From an uncultured Sulfolobales archaeon (GTDB taxonomy: Archaea > Thermoproteota > Thermoprotei_A > Sulfolobales > NBVN01), in assembly GCA_938017505.1 (NCBI GenBank), contig CALIKV010000010.1, positions 76,720 through 140,719 on the forward strand: 64,000 nucleotides of DNA. Direction: 5' to 3'. The translations under genes and the position numbers were made by a program. Under the pieces are notes generated by a model. It made no database searches. It was given only the letters and a program-made list of their open reading frames with translations, and was not told where the DNA came from. This document shows, piece after piece, positions 56,738 to 64,000 of this stretch (position 1 is its first letter; each line of letters opens with the position of its first letter).

Positions 56738-56772
56738 CCTTTAAGTTTGATTAAAAAACAAATCAAGTTAAT

Positions 56773-59499
56773 TTAAGTCTTGGGCTTCCTACCCATCAAA
56801 ACTGCCACAACGCCAACTACTAAACTCACTATGCTAAGTCCGATGGCTGCGTAAGCGACGGTCGCCAAGGACCCTACCTGGTCTTGAACGCTCTTTACCT
56901 GAGAGCTTACTGCGTCGATCTTTGACTCTACACTGCCTATACGAGACCCTAAGCCGCTTACGTCACCGCGTACGGCGGCCACCTGCTCACCCACGTACCC
57001 TATCAGGCTCTTCACAGTGAAAGTCGTTTTAACTATCGTGGGTGTGCCAACGAGCTTGGATACTGCTACGACAACCAGTTCTGCCGTTCCCTCCTCTAGG
57101 GCTCCTGTCTCATCAGGTCCTAGTCTGATCTCGTACAAGCCGTCTCTCACAGCTTCAGCATAGCCGACAAACTTTCCTCCAGGATGTATTATAAGGTATT
57201 TAACGTAGAATATATCATCGACACTATACGGCTGCCCATGGAAGCTCACTCTCACACCAGTAGTTAGGGGTTGTGTCTGTATAATGGTCCCAATGGGGTC
57301 TATAGAGACCTCAGGAACCATGGGTTCGCCGAACTTAAGCCATTTATCGGCGGTGTCAACGTGTTCCCTATAGGCTTCAATCACTACTTGCTTCGCGACA
57401 GTGTCAACTACATCGAGGTAGAAGGGACCGTTGCCAACCCAGAAATGCCCCTTACTATTATACCAATTCATCAAGTTCTGGTATCTTGCCAGAACTTCAC
57501 TCGCCGACGCATATCTCCCTAGAACCTCCGCATACGGTATGAACCCTGTGTTAATCGCCTCCTGAAGCTTTTCCTTCAGTATTTCTAGAGACGGTCCTGC
57601 AATGTAGTTCATCCAGTCAACTCCTAACCTGTCTGCTTTATCTGCGCTGAACGCCAGCCTCTGCTCCGCCTCAGCCAGATACCCTATCGCGAGGGCGTGC
57701 CAGGGAGCTGCACCCTGACTGTAATAAGGCCAGAATCCGTCGGCGCCTGCCTCGGCGATCCATTCAGCGTCTTCGTACCAAACATCTGTGTAGTATTCTA
57801 TTACGAACGGATTCTCACTCACTATCTTGAAGCCCTTGAACGTCTCCATAAATGCTTCATAATCTGGAACGTAAGCCTCGTCGTAGATAGGACTTGCGGG
57901 ATCAGCCCTGTCATGAGTTATTATGAATGCAAAGACTATATCGGCAATGCTGAACTGGCTGCCGTCATGCCACTTGTACTGCCCAGAGAATAATTTATCA
58001 TCGTAATGTACAACTATTTTCGCATTTGCATTAACATTCTCACCTAGAGCCTCCTTAACAGTTATTATCTTTTTCTGAGAGGCATCCCACTTATACCACG
58101 CATCGCCAGGCACCTTTACCTCGCTAACTTTTATTAACGAGACCCAGTCCAGCGTCTTACGTACAGGGAGCTCCTCATTCACGTAAACCTCTGCTTTCTC
58201 GACTCTGTGCGGCCAGAAAAGACCGGTGTAGGGATCCGGTAACACTGCTGTCTCGCCTGTAGCCCGTATTATTGATTGATCGAATATCCAGTTAGTGCCT
58301 GCTATAGCGTTCCACGGTTCTACCAGCAAGCTAGGCATCAGGATCTTCACTTGACCACCAACTCTGTTCTCATACCTCAACGTCCAAGGCCATAGCCATG
58401 AGCCGGAGTAGCCGCCGGAAAGATCGTAGGCAATGCTAATCTCAGGTCTCCTTACCCACAGCGAAGTTAAGTGCACTAGCCATATCCTCTGGGACTCCTT
58501 CAGAGACAGGACTAAAGCCTTCGACATTAATTCGTCTCTCTCTTCGGCGGATTTATACATTTTATTATACAGTTTTTGAGCGACGCTGTAGAACTCTGGG
58601 TCATTCACATATGCCTGCCACAAAGGCTCTGGCCTTCCCATCTTAGTGTAGAAGTATCCGAAGTTATCCGCCTCGTCCCTAGATACTATGGTGGTTATCC
58701 ATCCTCCAGTGTACACGTGCCACTGGCCGTCAGCCGGGTTACCTCTAATCCAGTAGGGAGAGAGCTCGCGTGATGTACCGTATTTCCTCTCTACAGTGAA
58801 TCCCAGCTTCTCCAGCTGACTTGCTGTGTAATCGCCTATGGCTCTTCTAGCGTCCTCCGTTCTGATTAAGAATATTATTGTCACCGGCTCGCCTTTATAG
58901 TACCACTTACCGTCTCTATACACAGCGCCCATCTTCTGCATTTCCTCGAATATCATCGCCTTGCCCTTCTCGAAGTTGTACTTGTACGTGGACTCAACTT
59001 CATATATAACATCGGCGTATCGTGCGTAGTCCGGGAAGCTCGGCGTCAATGCGGTATACCTGGGGACGGCTAAGCCGCCCATTATATCGCTGGCTATGTA
59101 AGTCCTGTCTACGATGTAGTTCATAGCCTCTCTTATCTTCGCATTACTGAAGGGATTCAGCTTCCCTGTGGCGGGGAACTCAGGGCCGACGGGGTTGAAA
59201 GTTAGTTCGTAGTAGAGCCCGTATGAGAACTCGTATGAGAGGCCCTTCTCCTTAACGGTCTTGAATATGTTAGGGTCTGTTAGGTCGTCGAAGAACGCCT
59301 GAGCTTCATTTTTAACCAGCATTTCCACTACCTTATCCGGATCTGACTCCGTGTAGAACACTACCTCGTCAACCCAAGGACCTCTAGGCGCTTGCTGCGC
59401 TGACGTGAGGAGCGCAGACCCTAGCCCAACTACTATTGTTAGAGCCAACACCAACGCAATTACCTTGCTATACTTGAGAGTATTCATTACTGAATTCAC
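56773..59499 (-). CDS. ABC transporter substrate-binding protein (family 5, peptide/oligosaccharide type) with C-terminal membrane anchor
   Basis: 908 aa. It has an N-terminal signal/TM segment, a family-5 SBP-like body, a Ser/Val-rich coiled segment and a C-terminal TM with a KPKT tail, typical of archaeal SBPs. Confidence 0.85.
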   Translation of the reverse strand: MNSVMNTLKYSKVIALVLALTIVVGLGSALLTSAQQAPRGPWVDEVVFYTESDPDKVVEMLVKNEAQAFFDDLTDPNIFKTVKEKGLSYEFSYGLYYELTFNPVGPEFPATGKLNPFSNAKIREAMNYIVDRTYIASDIMGGLAVPRYTALTPSFPDYARYADVIYEVESTYKYNFEKGKAMIFEEMQKMGAVYRDGKWYYKGEPVTIIFLIRTEDARRAIGDYTASQLEKLGFTVERKYGTSRELSPYWIRGNPADGQWHVYTGGWITTIVSRDEADNFGYFYTKMGRPEPLWQAYVNDPEFYSVAQKLYNKMYKSAEERDELMSKALVLSLKESQRIWLVHLTSLWVRRPEISIAYDLSGGYSGSWLWPWTLRYENRVGGQVKILMPSLLVEPWNAIAGTNWIFDQSIIRATGETAVLPDPYTGLFWPHRVEKAEVYVNEELPVRKTLDWVSLIKVSEVKVPGDAWYKWDASQKKIITVKEALGENVNANAKIVVHYDDKLFSGQYKWHDGSQFSIADIVFAFIITHDRADPASPIYDEAYVPDYEAFMETFKGFKIVSENPFVIEYYTDVWYEDAEWIAEAGADGFWPYYSQGAAPWHALAIGYLAEAEQRLAFSADKADRLGVDWMNYIAGPSLEILKEKLQEAINTGFIPYAEVLGRYASASEVLARYQNLMNWYNSKGHFWVGNGPFYLDVVDTVAKQVVIEAYREHVDTADKWLKFGEPMVPEVSIDPIGTIIQTQPLTTGVRVSFHGQPYSVDDIFYVKYLIIHPGGKFVGYAEAVRDGLYEIRLGPDETGALEEGTAELVVVAVSKLVGTPTIVKTTFTVKSLIGYVGEQVAAVRGDVSGLGSRIGSVESKIDAVSSQVKSVQDQVGSLATVAYAAIGLSIVSLVVGVVAVLMGRKPKT

Positions 59500-59716
59500 C
59501 TCAAGGTATTATTGTGCTTGACAATATAAATCTTTAACCACTTCAACGCTGATGTACTTAGCTTGGTGCGGATGGGATTTACTCACAAATTTACCGGTGA
59601 AATCCTTAACTTATAGTACATTCATCTTTTTAGCCCGAAATAAATCGTGTGAAAGCTTCCTCTTTTAGTTTCCCAGTTAACTGTGAAATCTCCGTTTGCC
59701 GCGTCTACGGCGGCTC

Positions 59717-60187
59717 TCATCGATGGCGAGCGTGATGGCAGCCTTCCGTAAGTTCCTCAAGTCTATCTTGCCTATACGCCTCAATAACTTCTTTAATGGT
59801 GTCCGCGTTAGCCTTTAACACAGCCACTCCAGCCTCTTGGAAAACGCTCAGTGCTTGTGGTCCCATCCCGTAAGCGATTATGGCATTAGGTTTGAATCGT
59901 AGGAGGCGGTGTGGTGGACGTCCAGCCCCGCCGAAATGCTCACTTTCATTGGGCATCGCTTGGACGTTTGAAACGCTGCCGTCTTCGTCCAACTCCACGA
60001 CAATGAAGTACGGCGCTCTCCCAAAATGCTCCGAAAGCCTTGCGTCAAGCCCATTTCCATCCTCAGCCGGAATAACTATCCTCTCCTTCAACTTCTCACC
60101 TCCATCTTTTCTAGAGACTTGTAATAATTTTAATCTTTCCCGCCCTAACCTCTCGGGCTTTCCCCTATCTTCACGCACGCCCTCCAC
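59717..60187 (-). CDS. NifB/NifX-type (dinitrogenase Fe-Mo cofactor domain family) protein
   Basis: IVIPAEDGNGLDARLSEHFGRAPYFIVVELDEDG...IIAYGMGPQALSVFQEAGVAV is the typical PF02579-like pattern. The likely true start is TTG 60091, preceded by GGAGGTGA. Confidence 0.75.
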   Translation of the reverse strand: MEGVREDRGKPERLGRERLKLLQVSRKDGGEKLKERIVIPAEDGNGLDARLSEHFGRAPYFIVVELDEDGSVSNVQAMPNESEHFGGAGRPPHRLLRFKPNAIIAYGMGPQALSVFQEAGVAVLKANADTIKEVIEAYRQDRLEELTEGCHHARHR

Positions 60188-60440
60188 GGACTCTAAAACG
60201 TATACTCGCGGTACTCGTACAGTGGTTCAAAAATCCAGGTGCCGCGCTCCACGCGACTCCGCATGGCATGCGGCTAGAAAACTGTGCGGTGGGGAACTCG
60301 AAGAGGGTGATGTTTTATGACACAGTGGCGAAGGCATACCACCGCTATCCTTGTACAGCTACAATGAGGCTCATAAGCGACTGTGACGTGTTGACTTTGA
60401 ATCTGGGGTATGGTGACTACACCGGGACTAGAAGTATTAG

Positions 60441-60525
60441 TGCGGGGGGTGGGATTTGAACCCACGCAGGCCTACGCCATCAGGGCCTAAGCCTGACCCC
60501 TTTGACCTGGCTCGGGCACCCCCGC
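60441..60525 (-). tRNA. tRNA-Leu (UAG), long variable arm, no encoded CCA
   Basis: Reverse complement is GCGGGGG-TG-CCCGAGCCAGGTCAAAGGGG-TCAGG-CTTAGGC-CCTGA-TGGCGTAGGCCTGC-GTGGG-TTCAAAT-CCCAC-CCCCCGC-A. Confidence 0.93.
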
Positions 60526-60660
60526 ACCAATAACTATTAAGGGTTCTGGTATTAAAAGAATTACCCGTTTTCTTCAGCGATGTGCTTATTACGGTTTTCA
60601 CGTTGTTTTGATTATAGGTGTTTGGATCGGTGGTTCACTGCCTGATATGTTGCGTGGTGA

Positions 60661-61851
60661 GTGGTGATGAGCTCTAGCGTTCCTGAGTGTTTAGTTAGGA
60701 CGTTATTTAGCGAGGTCGCGGAGGGGTTGCCCTGTTTCTGTCTTGAGAGGTGGCAAAGCTTGCACGAAACTAGAGTCAAAGTTCTGCTTAGTGAGAGCGG
60801 TGTACAACCTCTCACGGTTTACGAACTTGCTGAGTACGGCGTTGACCTGAGGAAGGTCTTGAGTCTAGAGGTGGGTTACGGGTGGACTAAGGGCTCACCA
60901 GAGCTTAGAGAGAGGGTCTCCGAACTCTACGGCAGGACCGTCGACGCTGAGGGTGTCGTGGTAACTAACGGCTCTGCTGAAGCCAATCTAGTTGCTTTGC
61001 TGAGCACGGTTAAGCCGGGGGATAAAGTCCTAGTTGACATGCCCAACTATATGCAGGTTCCCGGGCTGCTTAAGTGGGTTAAGGCTCACGTCATACCGCT
61101 ATGGAGAAGCCCACCAGCTTGGAGGTTCCCGTTAGGGGAGGCTCTTGAGCTTATGAGAAGACACAGACCTAAAGCCCTCTTCGTCAACGACCCGAACAAC
61201 CCGACCGGCACCATCATGAGTGAGAGAGAGCTGGACGAGCTTGCTCAAGAAGCTGAAAGTGTAGGAACCCTAATGGTGTTCGATGAAGTGTATTGGGGGT
61301 CTGAACTACAGGGATCAAGACCGAGTATATTAGAGGTTGCCGGTGCTGAACACGCTCTCTCCGTGTCGGGGCTCTCCAAGGTGTACGGGTTGCCTGGCTT
61401 AAGGATAGGATGGGTAGCGGGTAATAGAGAGACGGCGAATAAGTCGTGGAGCGTGAAAGACTACATCACTATAGCCCCTTCAGTGCTGAGCGACTACGTG
61501 GCCTCAGTCATGCTCGAGTCAGGAAACGTGGAGAGACTCAGAGAGAGAGCTAGGAGGATAGTCAAGAGCAACTTAGAAACTCTTAAAGAGGCACTTGCTT
61601 CGGGGGAGGGGGTTATCGAGCCTTACTGGCCTGAGGCCGGGGCGTATCTGTTGGCTAGGATACCGTGGAGTGGCGACACGTTAGCAGTTTCATACAAGCT
61701 CTTCACCGACTACAGTGTCTTAATTAATCCTGGCGAGTGCTTCGAGATCCCTGGATTCGTGAGGATTGGGACTGGACAGAACCCGTCAAAGTACGGCAGG
61801 AGCGTTCAGGCATTAATTAACGCGTTAAGAGACATCGTTAACGTCCATTGA
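60661..61851 (+). CDS. class I/II PLP-dependent aminotransferase
   Basis: 396 aa. NDPNNPTG block, the PLP-lysine region SGLSKVYGLPGLRIGW, and the N-terminal LSESGVQPL motif of this subfamily. Confidence 0.85.
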   Translation: MVMSSSVPECLVRTLFSEVAEGLPCFCLERWQSLHETRVKVLLSESGVQPLTVYELAEYGVDLRKVLSLEVGYGWTKGSPELRERVSELYGRTVDAEGVVVTNGSAEANLVALLSTVKPGDKVLVDMPNYMQVPGLLKWVKAHVIPLWRSPPAWRFPLGEALELMRRHRPKALFVNDPNNPTGTIMSERELDELAQEAESVGTLMVFDEVYWGSELQGSRPSILEVAGAEHALSVSGLSKVYGLPGLRIGWVAGNRETANKSWSVKDYITIAPSVLSDYVASVMLESGNVERLRERARRIVKSNLETLKEALASGEGVIEPYWPEAGAYLLARIPWSGDTLAVSYKLFTDYSVLINPGECFEIPGFVRIGTGQNPSKYGRSVQALINALRDIVNVH

Positions 61852-62640
61852 TTGAGTCTGGTGTTGTATGTGATGTTGTTCTTTTTAGCCCCGTTGATAG
61901 GACTTATGGCGGGCGTGCTTGGCTCCATGTTTGGGCTTGGAGGCGGGTTTCTGATGATTCCGTTGTTGAACATCGCCGGCGTCGATATGAAGGTGGCGAT
62001 AGGCACCTCGGCTAGCGCTATATTCTTCAACATGCTTTCATCAACCATAGCTTACTCGAGATATAAATACGTGGTTTACAGGGCAGGTCTCTTCATATCC
62101 GTAACTGCTGTTGTGACGGCGTACTTCGGCGCTCAACTAACTAGGATCCTAAACGCCGACGTGTTGAGAGTGTTGTTCGGGGCAGTGCTCATCTTAGTAG
62201 GGTTGAGGATCTACGCTGGTAAGGAGGGCAAGGAGCGAGATGCCAGACGAGATATGAACTGGGACTCAAGCACTTACGCGAAGCTCTTATTGGGGGGGTG
62301 TTTAGGAGGGTTCGTAGCTGGGCTTCTCGGGGTCGGTGGTGGGGTTGTTAATGTTCCTCTGCTCACGATGCTGGGTTTCACGATACATCACGCCGTAGCT
62401 ACCTCGTCGATGGCGATCACCGTAACGTCCATTACCTCAGCCCTCACACACTACACACTAGGTAATGTCGACCTGCAACTCCTAGCTCTCCTGACACCCT
62501 CGTTGATTGTTGGGGCTCAGGTAGGCGCGTTGATAGCAAAGAAGACGAAATCGAGAACGCTTAGGAAGGGCTTCGCGATCACGCTCTGGTTCGTCTCCTT
62601 GAGAATGCTGCTTAAAGGCATCGGATTACTCGTGCCTTAG
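61852..62640 (+). CDS. TauE/SafE-family anion exporter membrane protein
   Basis: 262 aa with two homologous halves, each carrying G.GGG(F/V) loops (LGGGFLMIPLL and GVGGGVVNVPLL). Confidence 0.8.
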   Translation: MSLVLYVMLFFLAPLIGLMAGVLGSMFGLGGGFLMIPLLNIAGVDMKVAIGTSASAIFFNMLSSTIAYSRYKYVVYRAGLFISVTAVVTAYFGAQLTRILNADVLRVLFGAVLILVGLRIYAGKEGKERDARRDMNWDSSTYAKLLLGGCLGGFVAGLLGVGGGVVNVPLLTMLGFTIHHAVATSSMAITVTSITSALTHYTLGNVDLQLLALLTPSLIVGAQVGALIAKKTKSRTLRKGFAITLWFVSLRMLLKGIGLLVP

Positions 62641-62665
62641 CACGTAAGAAAAGACTTAAAGATTA

Positions 62666-63562
62666 GTGATTAACTTGATCACCGAAGTCGTTGTGATGAT
62701 GTTTGGGATCATCGTGCTCGGCATGTCGATTAACAGCCTTGCCAAGCGAATCCCACTATACAACTCGGCAGTCGAGTTATTGGTAGGCTTCGTCTACTGG
62801 ATCCTAATACCCTTAACGTTCTTTAAGACGTTCAGCGAGAGGGGGTTAGAGCTTTCAGATTTTTGGATACTCACGTCGTTCCTGGTCTTCATGATAATCA
62901 CCTTCATAGCCCTGTACAGGGCTCGACGCTACGAGGAGCGTGGAGTTAGGGAGGCTGTCTTCCTAAGCTCTGTTTTCCCGAACGCGGTCTTCCTAGGGTT
63001 TCCAATCAGCATGGCGTTCTTCAACACCTTAGAGGTCGCCTCAGTGTTCGGGCTCTTCACAGTGACCCTCAACGTCGTGATACCTGACTTAATGATCGCT
63101 AAAAGGACTGCTGCGGTCAGGCTCTTGAGGCACCCGGCCTTAATAGGATTTATTGCTGGGATCCTTTTCCACAGCACCAACCCGGAGTACGTTACAGTGG
63201 TTTCCGAGCGCCTAGGTTGGGTAACCCCGCTGCTCAGCTACTCCTCCACCCTGGTTCTCGGTCTAAGATTACCGCTCTCCCTCAGCCCCGTTAGGAAGTA
63301 CTTAAGGGTAATAGCCGTAGTTGCGTTATTCAGGTTCGCCGTACATCCACTAGTAAGTCTACTCACAACGCAGCTCTTCAACATCCCCTGGGTCAAGGGA
63401 GTCCAGTTGGCGTTGCTCTCGGCAATGCCGCCCGCTCTCATAAACACGATCATATCTGAAAGATATGATTGGAAGCCTGAGTTGGTCTCAACAACTACAG
63501 TAACGTTAACCGTGCTTAGTTTAATAGCGTTAACGGTGCTTAGCTATCTAGTACGGAGTTGA
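62666..63562 (+). CDS. AEC (auxin efflux carrier) family transporter
   Basis: 298-aa polytopic protein. Blocks such as VFPNAVFLGFPI and ALLSAMPPALINTII are typical of AEC permeases. Confidence 0.7.
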   Translation: MINLITEVVVMMFGIIVLGMSINSLAKRIPLYNSAVELLVGFVYWILIPLTFFKTFSERGLELSDFWILTSFLVFMIITFIALYRARRYEERGVREAVFLSSVFPNAVFLGFPISMAFFNTLEVASVFGLFTVTLNVVIPDLMIAKRTAAVRLLRHPALIGFIAGILFHSTNPEYVTVVSERLGWVTPLLSYSSTLVLGLRLPLSLSPVRKYLRVIAVVALFRFAVHPLVSLLTTQLFNIPWVKGVQLALLSAMPPALINTIISERYDWKPELVSTTTVTLTVLSLIALTVLSYLVRS

Positions 63563-63572
63563 ACCGCAAAAC

Positions 63573-64000
63573 TTACTTGGACACGGCCTGCTTTATCTCC
63601 TCCACTTTATCCCTGCGTACAGTCAGTACGGGTTTCTCCGGCAGTATTCCCTGAGGTCTGAACAAGACTATGGTCACTATAACTAGACCGACCAGTATAT
63701 ACTCCAACCACTCAGGACTTATCGGTATCACTAATGACAGCAAGTCCTTGTACGTGTATATTAAGGTTCTAACTATGGTGAACACGGTGATCCCTAGTAG
63801 GATGCCTAGGTTATTAGCTACGCCTCCCAGCATCATGTACGCCCAAGGCCAGAAGGTCCACGTTAGCCTCGTGTACGTGTAGGCTTTCATGCTTCCAGTG
63901 AATATGGCCCAGAGGGCTCCTCCAATAGCCGCTATAGAGCCTCCGATGATTAAGGTTTGTTTTTTAAGCTTTACTATGTCCTTCCCGTAAACGCTTGCAG
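63573..64000 (-). CDS. branched-chain amino-acid-type ABC transporter permease (LivM/LivH family), 5'-truncated by window end
   Basis: The reading frame stays open upstream of the listed Met to the window edge (..LIIGGSIAAIGGALWAIFTGSMKAY..). The C-terminal ...LFRPQGILPE is typical of LivHM permeases. Confidence 0.6.
   Translation of the reverse strand, partial: ASVYGKDIVKLKKQTLIIGGSIAAIGGALWAIFTGSMKAYTYTRLTWTFWPWAYMMLGGVANNLGILLGITVFTIVRTLIYTYKDLLSLVIPISPEWLEYILVGLVIVTIVLFRPQGILPEKPVLTVRRDKVEEIKQAVSK

Noticed and set aside
60268-60465. Two mutually antisense 63-codon ORFs overlapping the 3' end of tRNA-Leu.
   Set aside because: They overlap a confident tRNA and each other, and their composition is not protein-like.
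60664-60686. GTGATGA, then 12 nt, then CTGA. This is a perfect C/D' half-unit.
   Set aside because: It coincides with the first codons of a well-supported aminotransferase (MVMSSSVPE...). There is no C'/D second half at the required spacing.
1-64000. A search for CRISPR arrays, rRNA genes, intact IS elements or transposases, and long tandem repeats.
   Set aside because: Reading both strands by eye revealed no regularly spaced direct repeats, no rRNA-like conserved blocks and no transposase or integrase motifs. Short or degenerate elements could still have been missed.

Overview
This window reads as an archaeal chromosome segment, most likely from a crenarchaeal or TACK-type thermophile. The evidence is aEF-2, TBP, proteasome alpha, the exosome genes, AglB, the archaeal PoK/PPS route to CoA, a short nuclease-only XPF, an intron-containing tRNA and C/D-box sRNA-like elements. 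GC looks moderate by eye and coding density is very high, with many 4-14 nt gene overlaps.

**Core content**
- 9057-16759 (-): a 12-gene version of the classical archaeal exosome/proteasome superoperon (XPF, DHH, small protein, prefoldin beta, Pcc1, Brix, L37Ae, Rrp42, Rrp41, Rrp4, SBDS, PsmA).
- 26715-31596: a coenzyme A cluster (CoaBC, pantoate kinase, phosphopantothenate synthetase, PanB, PanE).
- 52059-59499 (-): a complete Opp/Dpp-type peptide ABC operon. A second OppD/OppF pair without partners lies at 45462-47792.
- Single genes include H+-PPase, EF-2, AglB, MTAP and Hsp20.
- Three tRNAs are present: initiator Met carrying a 147-nt intron, Arg-CCG and Leu-UAG.

**Most interesting non-core content**
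1. A low-GC, decayed block at about 19.0-22.4 kb ends at tRNA-Arg. It holds a multiply disrupted amidohydrolase, an NYN-domain remnant, HTH fragments and two small Fe-S module genes.
2. An uncharacterised three-gene operon at 24002-26217 sits beside the CoA cluster. It encodes an HTH-phosphoribosyltransferase, a diverged CitG-like protein and a metallophosphoesterase fold without metal ligands.
3. An accessory-looking block at 39.8-43.2 kb holds a split FAD-oxidoreductase-like gene with a poly-Glu tail, an RHH protein, a C2H2 zinc-finger protein and an orphan gene.
4. There are one good and one weaker C/D-box sRNA candidate, each with a TATA-like box at the expected distance.

No CRISPR array, rRNA gene or intact transposase or integrase was recognised. 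All functional calls rest on motif recognition by eye; no database search was possible.
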